Positions 40,601 to 54,107 of a stretch of 64,000 bases of DNA are shown piece by piece. How positions within the stretch are numbered: the first letter of the stretch is position 1; each line of letters begins with the position of its first letter. The translations under genes were made by a program, and so were the position numbers. Under the pieces are notes generated by a model, which had not been told where the DNA came from, did not search any database, and saw only the letters and a program-made list of their open reading frames with translations. This DNA comes from Nemertoderma westbladi (taxonomy: Eukaryota > Animalia > Xenacoelomorpha): positions 1 through 64,000 of the forward strand of contig JAUCBJ010004543.1 in assembly GCA_032718475.1 (NCBI GenBank), written 5' to 3'.

Positions 40601-43600
40601 GCCAGTTACTCCATTGAAAGCTACTGAATATGGAAAAGGAGAGTCTAAATCTATTCCAGTTGCTCATGCAGCTGATATTCCTCAAGTGCCAATTTATTTT
40701 GAGTCAACAACAGAGTCAAAACTACCCCCTGTAGAATCAGATAAATTTGTTGAAATATGCACTGAAAGGGGTCTTCCACATTCTGAATCGATTTCTATTG
40801 ATGCATCAGAACCATTTATTTCCAAACCTACTGAAATCCAGGAACTTTCATCTTCTACTATGCTTGATATCACTTTATCCTCAAATTTACAAACGCCTGA
40901 TGCTAGAGCATTTGGTCTTCCAGATGGTATTCCTATTGAAGAATCTACTAGTATTCCTAAAGAAGCAACATTAATTGATTCTTCTATTGAAACATTTGAA
41001 CCTCGAGCTCTTCCTCCTATTGTTCCAGAAGAAGTTTCTTCAAGAGGAATTTCAAAGGTGGAGGCAGTTCCTCTTGAAGGTGTTGAGCCTCAAGCTGAAC
41101 CTCATATTGCAACTGAATATGTTTCCAAAATGTTACAACCTGTTACTGAAGAGAGAGGTATACCTGAACAAGCGAAGCTTAGGGGACAACCAGTTCCACA
41201 ACAATTAGAAACATTTGATGTTGAGCATCTTCCAAAGCAGGTCACAGAGATGGATACCACTTCTCCGACACATATATCATCTGTGTTTACTGAACCGATT
41301 TCACAACATGAAACTATATTGGGAACCCCTCTACCAGAACATGTGAATATTGAAGGGACAACTCCATTATATGAGACACCAGTAGATTTGAATAAATTGC
41401 TTTATTCTGATATCCATGACACTACTGAAGAAGCACATCCCGTGAAACCAGTTGTAGAAGGCATGGCAGAATCTGTTACGGTACAACTTACAGAATCAAC
41501 CATTATTCCCAAACAATCATTGAGTTATGAAGAAACTGTTTCTGAAAAAGTATTGCCTGATATCAAGCATCCTCAGTTGGAACAGCCATTAGTTTTAGGA
41601 CAATATGAACCAGAACAAGTTCCAGTAGAAGGATCAGAGCCATTACCTAAACACCAGGTTTTATCTGAAGAGGTTAGTTCGTCTAGGTTACCCGATATAA
41701 AGGAGCCAGTTACTCCATTGAAAGCTACTGAATATGGAAAAGGAGAGCCTAAATCTATTCCAGTGGCTCATGCAGCTGATATTCCTCAAGTGCCAATCTA
41801 TTTTGAGTCAACCACAGAGTCGAAACTACCTCCTGTAGAATCAGATAAATTTGTTGAAATATGCACTGAAAGGGGTCTTCCACATTCTGAATCGATTTCT
41901 ATTGATGCTTCAGAACCATTTGTTTCCAAACCTACTGAGGTCCAGGAACTTTCATCTTCTACTATGCGTGATGTCACTTTATCCTCAAATTTACAAACGC
42001 CTGATGCCAGAGCATTCGCTCTTCCAGATGGTATTCCTATTGAAGAATCTACTAGTATTCCTAAAGAAGTAACATTAGTTGATTCTTCTATTGAAACATT
42101 TGAACCTCAAGCGTTATCTCCTATTGTTCCAGAAGAAGTTTCTTCTAGAGGAATTTCAAAGGTTGTTGCAGTTCCTATTGAAGATGTGGAGATTCAAATG
42201 AAGCCATATATTGCAACTGAATATGTTTCGATGAAGTCAATGCCACTCGCTGAAGAAAGAAGTTTACTTAGTAATAAGTCTGAACAATGGGGAAGATCTG
42301 CTCCACACCATTTAGAAACGTTTGATGTACAACATCTTTCACAAGATGTATTAGAAATGGATGCCACTTCCCCAACTCAGATAGTTTCAGTATGTTCTAA
42401 ACCCTCCACACAACTTGAAGTCGTTTTGGGAGCTCCTCTTCCAGAAACCATTGTTATTGAAGGAACTACACCATTTAATGAAATGCCAGTTGATTTGAAT
42501 AAATTGCTTTATTATAATATCCATGACACTACTGAAGAGGCACAGCTTGCCAAACCAATAGTGGAAGGCATTGCAGAATCTGATATGGTACAACTTACAG
42601 AATCATCCATCATTCCCAAACAATTAATGAAGTATGAACAAACTGTTTCGGAAAAAGTATTACATGATGTTAAACAGCCACATGTGCAACAACATTTAAT
42701 TTTAGGTGAATATGAACTAGAACAAGTTCCAGTAGAAGGATTAGAGCCATTACCTAAATACCAGGTTTTATCTGAAGAGGTTAGTTCGTCTAGGTTACCT
42801 GATATAAAGGAGCCAGTTACTCCATTGAAAGCTACTGAATTTGGAAAAGGAGAGCCTAAATCTATTCCAGTTGCTCATGCAGCTGATATTCCTCAAGTAC
42901 CAATATCTTTTGAGTTAACCACAGAGTCAAAACTACCCCCTGTAGAATCAGATAAATTTGTTGAAATATGCACTGAAAGGGGTCTTCCACATTCTGAATC
43001 GATTTCTATTGATGCATTAGAACCATTTATTTCCAAACCTACTGAAATCCAGGAACTTTCATCTTCTACTATGCGTGATATCACTTTATCCTCAAATTTA
43101 CAAACGCCTGATGCCAGAGCATTTGGTCTTCCAGATGGTATTCCTATTGAAGAATCTACTAGTATTCCTAAAGAAGTAACATTAGTTGATTCTTCCATTG
43201 AAACATTTGAACCTCGAGCTCTTCCTCCTATTGTTCCAGAAGAAGTTTCTTCTAGAGGAATTTCAAAGGTGGAGGCAGTTCCTCTTGAAGGTGTTGAGCC
43301 TCAAGCTGAACCTCATAGTGCAACTGAATATGTTTCCAAAATGTTACAACCTGTTACTGAAGAGAGAGGTATACCTGAACAAGCGAAGCTTAGGGGACAA
43401 CCAGTTCCACAACAATTAGAAACATTTGATGTTGAGCATCTTCCAAAGCAAGTCACAGAGATGGATACCACTTCTCCGACACATATATCATCTGTGTTTA
43501 CTGAACCGATTTCACAACATGAAACTGTATTGGGAACCCCTCTACCAGAACATGTGAATATTGAAGGGACAACTCCATTATATGAGACACCAGTAGATTT

Positions 43601-46600
43601 GAATAAATTGCTTTATTCTGATATCCATGACACTACTGAAGAAGCACATCCCGTGAAACCAGTTATAGAAGGCATGGCAGAATCTGTTACGGTACAACTT
43701 ACAGAATCAACCATTATTCCCAAACAATCATTGAGTTATGAAGAAACTGTTTCTGAAAAAGTATTGCCTGATATCAAGCATCCTCAGTTGGAACAGCCAT
43801 TAATTTTAGGACAATATGAATCAGAACAAGTACCAGTAGAAGGATCAGAGCCATTACCTAAACATCAGGTTTTATCTGAAGAGGTTAGTTCGTCTAGGTT
43901 ACCAGATATAAGGGAGCCAGTTACTCCATTGAAAGCTACTGAATATGGAAAAGGAGAGCCTAAATCTATTCCAGTTGCTCATGCAGCTGATATTCCTCAA
44001 GTGCCAATATCTTTTGAGTCAACCATAGAGTCAAAACTACCACCTGTAAAATCAGATAAATTTGTTGAAATATGCACTGAAAGGGGTCTTCCACATTCTG
44101 AATCGATTTCTATTGATGCTTCAGAACCATTTATTTCCAAACCTACTGAGATCCAGGAACTTTCATCTTCTACTATGCGTGATATCTCTTTCACCTCTAA
44201 TTTACAAACGCCTGATGCCAGAGCATTCGCTCTTCCAGATGGTATTCCTATTGAAGAATCTACTAGTATTCCTAAAGAAGTAACATTAGTTGATTCTTCT
44301 ATTGAAACATTTGAACCTCAAGCGTTTCCTCCTATTGTTCCAAATGAAGTTTCTTCTAGAGGAATATCAAAGATGGAGGCAGTTCCTATTGAAGATGTGG
44401 AGATTCAAATGAAGCCATATATTGCAACTGAATATGTTTCAATGACGTCAATGCCATTCGCTGAAGAAAGAAGTTTACTTAGTAATAAGTCTGAACAATG
44501 GGGAAGACCTGTTCCACACAATTTAGACTCTTTTGATGTACAACATCTTTCACAAGAGGTAATAGAAATGGATGCCACTTCCCCAACTCAGATAGTTTCA
44601 GTATGTTCTAAACCTTCCGCACAACTTGAAGTCGTTTTGGGAGCTCCTCTTCCAGAAACTATTGTTATTGAAGGAACTACACCATTTAATGAAATGCCAG
44701 TAGATTTGAATAAATTGCTTTATTTCGATATCAATGACACTACTGAAGAAGCACATCATGTGAAACCAGTTGTAGAAGGCATGGCAGAATCTGTTATGGT
44801 ACAACTTACAGAATCAACCATCATTCCCAAACAATCACTGAGTTATGAAGAAACTGTTTCGGAAAAAGTGTTGCCTGATATCAAGCATCCTCAGTTGGAA
44901 CAGCCATTAATTTTAGGACAATATGAACCAGAACAAGTTCCAGTAGAAGGATCAGAGCCATTACCTAAACATCAGGTTTTATCTGAAGAGGTTAGTTCAT
45001 CTAAGTTACCTGATATAAAAGAGCCAGTTACTCCATTGAAAGCAACAGAATATGGTCAGGCATATGCTGAAAGTATTCCAGTTGATGGATCGGAACCACT
45101 TGATTCACATTTCAAGGTTGATGAGCTTTCACCAACACCGGTTCATAGTGTTAGTGAAGCTATTGCTATTTGTGAAACAAAATTTCCTTCCATGGGTAAA
45201 CCAAAAATGGACATTGTCTTTGTAGAGGGTGTTGAACCTCATATACAGCCACATGTTGCACAAGAATATGCTTCTCAGCTATCTGAAATTCTTACTAAGC
45301 AACAAATTGGTCCAACAAAGCCAGAGCTTAGAGGTCACCCCGTTCCTGATAAGTTAGCAACTGTCAATTCAAAGCATCTTCCTCATCAGGTTATTGAGAT
45401 TAATACAATTTCCCCCGAAATGATTTCTTCTATACTTTCAGAACCAACTGCTCATCATGAAGTAGTTATGGGAGTGCCTCATTTGGAGCACATTAAAATA
45501 GAAGACGTTCTACCACTTGTTGATGCACCTGTAGATTTAAATAACTTGTTATACACTTCAGTCTTTGATACCAAAAATACTGCAACATCTAGTAAACCAC
45601 ATATTGATAGTCTGGCAGAAGTCATTAATATTCATCTGAATGAAACTGAAACTTTGCCAGTAACTACAATTCCATTATCTGAAATTTCAAGTGAAAGAGT
45701 TTCTAGTGATTCCCGGGAAGCTAAAGTGGATTATCCAATATTTATGGGTGCACCCAAGAGAGATAATCTTGAATTAGAAACATTGCCTAGATTATCCAAA
45801 CCTAATTTTAAAGTTGAGAGAATTACTCAATTTGGATGCCCTGATTTGGCAGAGTCTGCATTGCAGCAGCAACCTACAGGGAGAGGACTTCCAGCATCTG
45901 AAAATATTATAATTGAGAAACCATTAGGGATCACTGACTTGCCTATTGAAAGCAATTTTTCCTTTAAGTCAAATATTCCAGTTTTTGAACCAGCACCATT
46001 GCAGATAGCAGAGCCAATGGAATTGCACATTCTTCAACAAAGTGGCAGTGAGAGTGTGCATATTTCTAGTTTGGTCAATGAATCAAATTTCTACTCTGAT
46101 GTTTCATACACAAAAAGCGAAGATGTTTTCAGGGAAGAAGCCATGGATAAAGATGTGGAATCTTTTATAAAGCAGAAAGGAACATCTTTCAAGGTGTCAA
46201 AGAATATCATTCTTTGTGAGGAAATTCCCAGCTTGTTGACAGTAAATAATGAACGTTCTCATGTACGTTCTATAGATGTTAAGGCAATCAGGTCTTCCAC
46301 ATTGGAAGAGCAGTTGAGTAATTCAGATATTAATTGTATAGAAGTTGCTGCTTATTCTCCTCCATTACCATTGCCACTTACAATTAAACAAGTTAAACAA
46401 GGAGCAGGGCAGTTTCTAACAACTTATGAACACTCAGATTATCATTCTAAATTTTCTTCTTTGGTCACAGATATTCAAGAATCCATTGAATGTCATAAAA
46501 TTCGTCATGTAATTCCCACTTTGGAAGCTCTTCCTTTTGATTCAATTCCAGAAGTCCAATCAACTCCTCAATTCAGGTTGCAAGATTCTTCGATTTTTGG

Positions 46601-49600
46601 TACACAGTTTGTTGTGACATCACAGATCACGGTCACTGGAAATAGTCAACCTATAATTCAGGAAAAGTACTACCCAGTACAACCTGAAGGTCTCCAATAT
46701 GTGATGGACAATATGGAAATACCGGAAGTATGGCTACCAAGTGAGGTTCGATTAACACCAATGACGCAACTGCACCCAGAAACACCCTCTCTTTCTAAGA
46801 TCTCCGAACATCCGAATGTATCTGAAATAAAACTGCACCAGTTGTCTTCAGATTCAAATGAAAAGTATTTAATTTTAACTAAGAAAAGTATTTCCACTGC
46901 CGGGGAAGAAATTATAGAAAGACGCCGATACAATACATTTTTACCTGTGGACATGCATCGTTTGAAACAAGGAGCTGTACCAGAAGCCTCAGAACCAGAT
47001 ATAATTGAAAAAGAATTAAGTGATATTTGTAATTATACCCTCGGTGGTGTTTCAATTGGTGACATTGATATGGAACCTTCTTTTCATATTCGTGCATCAA
47101 AAGATGAAAGTGAGTATATAATCTCGAGTGCGCAGGTACCAACACAATTGGGAGCATTTGTGGAAGAAATATATTACCAATCTACTGCAGAAAATTGGGT
47201 ATCTATACATAATGAAGGACATTTACCTTCTCAAGCTGAGCCTGTTCGAGTAAATGTTTTTCCTATTGAGAATATTTCCACACCTTATTATCATCCTTCA
47301 AGCTATACATGTAATTCTATTAATATTAGTGATTATATTGTTGATATTGATGAACTCAACAAAACCTTATTAGTTCAAAGATCAACTGTTACACATGATG
47401 ATGCAAAGGTCACAGAATTGATTCAGTTCATTGACTGTTCTACGAATTCAATGGAAAATGCTGTGGAAGGAAGACTTCCAGACAGCGATTCAGCCTCACA
47501 CTATAGTCGGTATGTGGATTCTGTTGAGTTGGAGTCTCAATATCTCTCAACAATTAGGCCACCTTCTAATGGTGTGCCTGTTTATCAAACAGAGGGTAAT
47601 AATATATGGTCGAGTATCGAAGAAGTTGTTCTTGATTCCAGAGTCAGTTATCTCAAAACGTCCTTTCAAATGGACACAGAAACACTAAAGGAGTTCTTTG
47701 CGACTTCAGTTATTCCATCCACAGCCCGGGTAATCAACAGTCATGAGACAGCAACATTTGATGAATTTACCGCAGCACCAATAGTGTCATTTGATGCATC
47801 GACATCGGTAATGACCGTTACTTCTTCATTGACAATGGCGGCTCTTCCTGTAATAGAAACAAAAACGTATAAATTAAACGAGGAGACAATTCATTCACTT
47901 ACTGCTGGTGAGGACATTCAGGAACTACCAGTAAGTGTAAAGCGGTCTGTTTCTCAACGTCTTCCAGTATTTAAAACACAAAAATTACATGTGTCAATGC
48001 CTTATCTCATTCAACCGAGATATTTTGTGCATCAAAATTCTGACGATCCTGACAACTTGATTAATATTACTTATCAATCTATTGAAAATGATAGACAACT
48101 CATTGAGACGAATGTATATGAAATTTCTCATGAGGTTGATGAAGCAATTTCAAAGAGACTTATACCACCTGATAGTGTGCAACCAAGGATTTATAAGATG
48201 ACATCATTGCCTTTACTTCCTATTAACGAGATACCACTTCATTATTATGGTGATGATACCATCAATATTAAAGAAAATCCAGAGTTAACATATATTTCTG
48301 ATAATTATTCGCAAGAAAAATTTGTTGTCATTACAAAAACTGTTATTGATAATATTGGGTCAGATGTCATTGAGAAGAGGGTATACAGATGTAACAATCC
48401 ACACTCCGTGGATTATGTCAGGCAAGGAATAATCCCCCCAACTGCTGAATTGTGTTATACCGACACCGTTCCTTTGCTAACGACTACTGTGCTGCCAGTA
48501 GTAGGTGGAACTTCTGAACAATTAGAAACGAGTTTGGTCAAAATAGAGGAATCCCTTGAGACCTATGTGATTACTAAGCGTTTAATTCAAGCTTCAAATT
48601 CGGAGACTTACAGAGAGACAGCACGTTTCCGAGTTGAGAATCCTGTTCAGCTTCGATTTCTTCAAAATGGGGAATTCCCGCAGGACCTAAGACCTATAGA
48701 GATGATACGCATCCCTGTTTCATCCATTTTAGATTCCATTTTATGCTCGAGTGAAAATTTTTCAGCATCTATAATTCAATATAATAAGGTCGATTGTGTT
48801 CAGATAATAACTAACTCTGTGATCAATAGCCGTCACGTCACAGAATTCAGAACATATGAAAATACGCCTGAAGTACAAGATGCAGTTAAATCAGTTTCTT
48901 TTCCTTTAAAGGCTGTACCATTAGAGAGCAAAGTGATATCAACAATGTTGCCATCAGACGATTTGAACGAAGACATTGTTGCTAATCCAGAAGTAACCGT
49001 TGTCTTGAGAGGTTCATCGGAGTGTTTTACAGTTTTGACAACTACTCTTATTATTAATAAAGAGCAGCAAGTTCTTAAACGGCAGAAATACCGCTTGCCA
49101 GCTCCTGAAACCGAAAATATTATTCGCACTGGAGAAGTTCCATCGGGGTTTGACCCCATTGAAATCAGTCAGCACGTATTTGCACCAGTTGAGGTCGAAT
49201 CCAAGAAACAACCAATTTCTACTGTTTATCTTTATGATACCAATGACACGTATGTTCTTGACGCCCAACCTGATGTTTCTGATCAATCAAAAATATTTTT
49301 TACAACTTATCGTGTGGACACTTTACAACAAAAGTTGGAGTTATCTAAGGGAACTATACCATCCAATGCCGTTCCTATTGAATCTTCTTTGTCTGTACAC
49401 GGAACATATTCTTCGGGTTTGAGAATTTGGCCTAAACGCCCCTCCAATTTCACACCAATTATACCCAATATATCGATTGATGAAATGCAAGAACAGCAGT
49501 ACGTAGTCGTTTCCCAAACATGGCCATCCCCTAAGGGCGAGTATATGGAGAGTATTTATTACAAACCAAATCAACACCTAGATCCTGAGATAGAAGACAT

Positions 49601-52600
49601 AGATCATCTTCAAATTGACGACTTACCAGTTGTTGCTGTTAAACACCACAATTTGGTACCTTTATCTCAATCACAAAGTCTAGTTTATATGGGAGAAGAG
49701 ATGTCAGTTACTCTAGTTGCCAATGTTGAGAATAAAGAACAATTCTTTGTAAGCTCAAGAAATGTAAATTATGAAAATGCATCTGCCCTAGAAAAGCAAA
49801 GATGGTTGGCGGATTCATCTCTTGTTGATATTATCAATTCAAGTGGGTGTATACCTGAATCATTCAGGCCTGTTGAGATAACATTATACCCTGTTGTAGA
49901 GTCATCAGTGAGCCAGGATGATGAGGAAATGTTAAACCATGCACCATTGCTAATGGAAACTATACAGGATGGTACTGGTTGTAAGTTTATAAAGACATTG
50001 AAATATTTGGTTTTGGAGGATGGGAAAGAAGTTTCTGAGGAATGTAAATATGAATTTAGTAACGAGTTGTTAAATACGTTAACTTCATTAAATTATTGTG
50101 ATACGTTACCCTTGGAGACACGAAGAACAATTCGTCAGTGTCTCTTTTTCTCCCAGCCTATAAGCCTAGCTGATGTTGGTGAGATTGATGATGGTACCAC
50201 AGATATTCACATTGAAAATATTCCTGAAACTAATGAATCTTACATCACCTTAACAAAAACTATGGTTACCGAAGAGCAACTGCAGTTTATAAAGAAAAGA
50301 AGATTTAGTATTCCAACTAATGCGGAATCTCCTATTCAACAAAAGGGCGATTCCATAGCGAAACCGATATCCAGTTATCCTGTTAATAGAGCATTTGAGG
50401 TCGAAGATAATGTTGATGATAATCAGGTGGTAGTTACAAAGATGACATTATCAGGTGATGGTGTAGAAATGGTCAACGTTGATGTTTATGATGCCACTCC
50501 GGAGTATAAAGTTTATAAAGATGTCGATGAACTTCATATGCCAGTTTATTCCGCATTGATCCCACTACAACCTTTAGCACCAATCTCCAGTTTAAAGTTT
50601 ATGGAACTTGAGTCTGGGCAACTAGAAATTCCTGAAATGAAGTGGGGTGAAATTGATTCAGATTCTGATGAGAAATTTTTAGTGATAACTAGAACTGCAT
50701 CAGATGATAACTACGTGACTAGAGTACGATATAAAGCAGATATGAGCGATATCGACGAGATACGACAATGTGGCTACCTACCAGACAGGATGAGTCCTGT
50801 TGAGATTAGAAAGGATTTTATGGAAGATGTAACAAAGGTAAAGTTCGATACTCCCATTTACATGAAAGATGTTGATGAATATATTCCTGAGGTTGATGTA
50901 TATAAGGTGCGTGACACATCAGAAACCTTTGTCATTTTGAATCGTACTTGCATTGATGAGGAAGGTCAGGAAATTGTAGAGCACCGTAGATACAGGCTCA
51001 GGCATAATGAACTTAATAAACCTCTAAAGGAGGTACTTGATGATATGCAACCTGTGGAAATTTCCCGAATTGTTAATGATAAATTTCAGGAAGAAGGTGA
51101 CGATAGTGACGATAGTACAGATATTGTTATATTAGATACTGATAATGTAGCAATGAAAAAGGTAGTATCCACTGTTATGGTTGCAAACGTAAATGAAGTA
51201 AATCTTGTCCGCCAGAAATACATTTTACCTTCAAACATAGCTCAAGTAATATCAAAGGCAAATAAAATACCTGACCATTATGAACCCAACGAGGTTGAGG
51301 TTATTAGTGTCAACCCTGTTGGACAAATTGGAGAAATCTGTCCGTTTAAAGTTTCCAGTACTGAGGAAGCTATTCCGGAACTCGGATTGGCTGTTTTCAG
51401 CCAATCAGACGAGATGTTCCTTATTGTAACATCAACATTCCCAGACAGCCACCGACTCCGCAGACGGCGTTTCCGGTTACAGGCGCCGGATCTGGAGGTT
51501 GTTAAGCAAGAAGGTCGAATTCCCGCGGGAATACACCCTGTGGAAACTCAGCGCTTAACTCTGGATGAAGCGACTACTTTGCGATTCTCTCCAGCGGTAC
51601 TGCGTCAGTTCGACTGGGAAGGTTGCAACGTCTTCCAACAGCGATGCACTGCCACCGGGGAAAATTTTATTCTTGTATCCAGATGCGAAGAATATGATGA
51701 TATGGGGAAACCGGTTGAAGAACGCGTTCGGTACAGAGTTGGCGATGAAGAAGTTGAGGAAATTGTTCGAGGATTTGTTCCGAGACTATTTGAAGCAGCT
51801 GAGATATACAGGACTGTAAAGGCGGATATTGAGTCTATAAAGGTTGTAGCTGGTGAGGATAACCTTCCTGACATGGAGGATATAACACATGTGGATATTC
51901 CTGGCAGCCATGATAAGTTTGTTATTCATACAGTGACCTGCATCTCGGAGCAGGGAACCATGGTACTAGAGAAACGGCAGTACCGGTTGCCTAGGGTTGA
52001 GGTGGATGAAATCGAACGAAAGAGGCAGGTTCCGAGAGGACTCCACCCAGAAAGTGTCAGTAGGAGTCCGACAATCTCGGTGCCCAGATTCGCCTCGCCC
52101 GTGGAGATCGCCCCGGGCATCCGAGGTTATCCGGACTTACGAACAGTGACTACTGGCGCTCCCGAATCCTCCCACGGAAGTTTCCTTGTTTTTTCGCAGC
52201 CGGATGCGGACGAGGATGTAATTGTGCGCGTTCGGACTCCGATCCAACGCGCCCAACTGGAGACCATCACATCCACTTGTCAACTCCCCGATGAGATGCC
52301 ATTGGTAGAAATTCGCAACCTCTGCGTCGCTGACTCGCTTATAGTCCCTTGTGTTCCGCCGTTCCAAGATGAAATCCCCGTAGAAGTGCGAATCCAATCT
52401 GTAGCCAATTCTCCTGAGAGATTTATATTGGTTACTAAGTCGGTAGTTGATACCCAAGGTAGTAAGGTGATAACGAGGATGCGTTACCGAGCCAATCCGC
52501 GAGAGCTGAACAACTTAGTGACTGATCAGCGGCTACCTGACCGCGAACCTGACGAAATGATATTTATTCGACCCCAGGGAGAAGCCATTTCCCTTCCCTA

Positions 52601-52987
52601 CGAAGAGGTTTGCGCCTACAAATACGAGACTGATGACGTCACTGGAAATGAGAGCCTCGTTGTGACTCTCAAATTGGTGGACGATGACGGCAACGTGTTC
52701 GTCGAACACAAACGCTGGAGTGTGACGTCACCTGAGGCGTTGCAGTCTGCGAGTCGGGGTCGGTTTCCCCAGGGGGATCCGCAAGTTATCGACCGTGTCC
52801 CCATGGATCTCTACCACGACTCAGATATTTTCCCGGTAGACCCAACCATCATTGCCTCTCCCTTTTCCTACGAGGAATTCCCCGACAAGGACGACGTCTA
52901 TCTCCTCGTAAAGAGACTCATATGTGGCGATCCTGACGCCAAGGATATGTTGGAGACCCTCACCTATAAAGATGATTCTAGTGTGAG
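22633..52987 (+). CDS. Giant 30,355-bp exon (about 10,118 aa; acidic, Glu/Pro/Ser/Val-rich, repeat-based) (phase 1->2)
   Basis: Uninterrupted ORF 22605-52991. The acceptor ttttcttgcag| continues TRTVK-DSDGTEVTEKRKY from the previous exon. The donor is ag|gtgagt, and its TGA is the apparent ORF stop. Confidence 0.9.
28347..44915 (+). repeat. Coding tandem array: 15 units of 1104 bp (368 aa), three of them 1107 bp; diverged sub-repeats continue to about 46020
   Basis: Unit starts at 28347, 29451, 30555 and so on to 44916 (15 x 1104 + 3 x 3). The shadow ORFs in the track recur at 1104-bp spacing. Confidence 0.95.
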
Positions 52988-53301
52988 GTGAGTTTATGTA
53001 ATGTAATTCAGTTCCACTTTCTAATTGGCTACATCATTAGTGTTGTTTTTCTGTTACTTTACTATTTAGACTAATTGATTTCCAACTCTGGGAACAGCAA
53101 TAAAACGATTCGTATTTCCCTCCAAAAAAGTTGATGGGAAGGTGGTGTTGTGTGGGTGGGGCCGGTGCACGGGCAGCTGACACGCTGCCCGTGGGTTCCA
53201 GGGGGAATTTCAAATTTTTCATAAATTTTTTTATTGTGTTTAACCTGAAAGCCTATTATTACTAATTACCCATACTGAACTACCGACTTTATCGCCCATA
53301 G

Positions 53302-53462
53302 AGATTCCTTGAGTTCTGGGACGCTACCGTTGGATCTACCGTTCCGTATTCTTCGTCAACCGGTTCAGCAACTACTCTACCTCCAACCGGTTACCGCCGC
53401 TGAGCTAACCAAGCCTGTGGATGAACTACCGGACGCTGAATGGGAAGAAACTGATGAGACAG
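53302..53462 (+). CDS. Exon (phase 2->1)
   Basis: cccatag| acceptor; DSLSSGTLPLDLP..EWEETDET; ag|gtaagg donor. Confidence 0.8.
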
Positions 53463-54107
53463 GTAAGGGGGAGTTTTTTTTAGTAATTATTTAGTGATTA
53501 CTTATATTTCTGCTGCAAAAGTCCCCAGTTCAGTGTGCTTGCTTTGCAGCAAAAACAATAAATTGTAAAAAAATATGTGAATGGTGGTAGGATTGGAACT
53601 GGGGACGTATAGTATGTAGGTTTAACGTTGTACAAGATTCGTTATCTCTTTTATTCAACTAAGAAGCACATTTGTATAATTATTATTGAAGTATATATTG
53701 AGTGATAAAAACATTAAAGTCAGGCAACCTACTATCAATTTGCAGTAGGAATGGTTTAATTATATTTTATTAATATATTACATTCATTTTAATGAGTAAC
53801 TCTAATTATGTCATAAAATGCTTAAAACTCCATTAAGTACCCACTATCCACTACTTCCATTGAAACGAAAGTGTATTATTTTTAAGATTAGCTAAGAAAA
53901 AAAATAGTAAAGTTTTCTTCAGCCGTTAGGCCATGGATTACGCACAAAAACGAATTATTTCCATTCCAGAGCAGTTCACCCAGAACTATACTCCCCAGAG
54001 GAAACTCCAGTACTCATTTAGTGACAGTTTATGAGCTTTCTTCCCTTTAAGAGTTCCGTCCCTTTAAACTTCCGCCCTATTCGAACCCACGTTACGTTCC
54101 AAAGTTC

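Noticed and set aside
28597-44804. Recurrent short alternative-frame and antisense ORFs in the array
   Set aside because: They are shadows of the main frame that recur only because the DNA is repeated.
22633-52987. Titin/PEVK, mucin or giant ankyrin identity
   Set aside because: The composition is superficially similar, but I saw no Ig/Fn3, ankyrin, ZU5 or signal-peptide motifs, and the exon is linked in frame to a plakin domain.
22605-52991. Stand-alone 10,128-aa intronless (bacterial-type) gene
   Set aside because: The start is a TTG inside a polypyrimidine tract and the stop lies in a gtgagt donor; both ends splice in phase to neighbouring exons with the same motifs.
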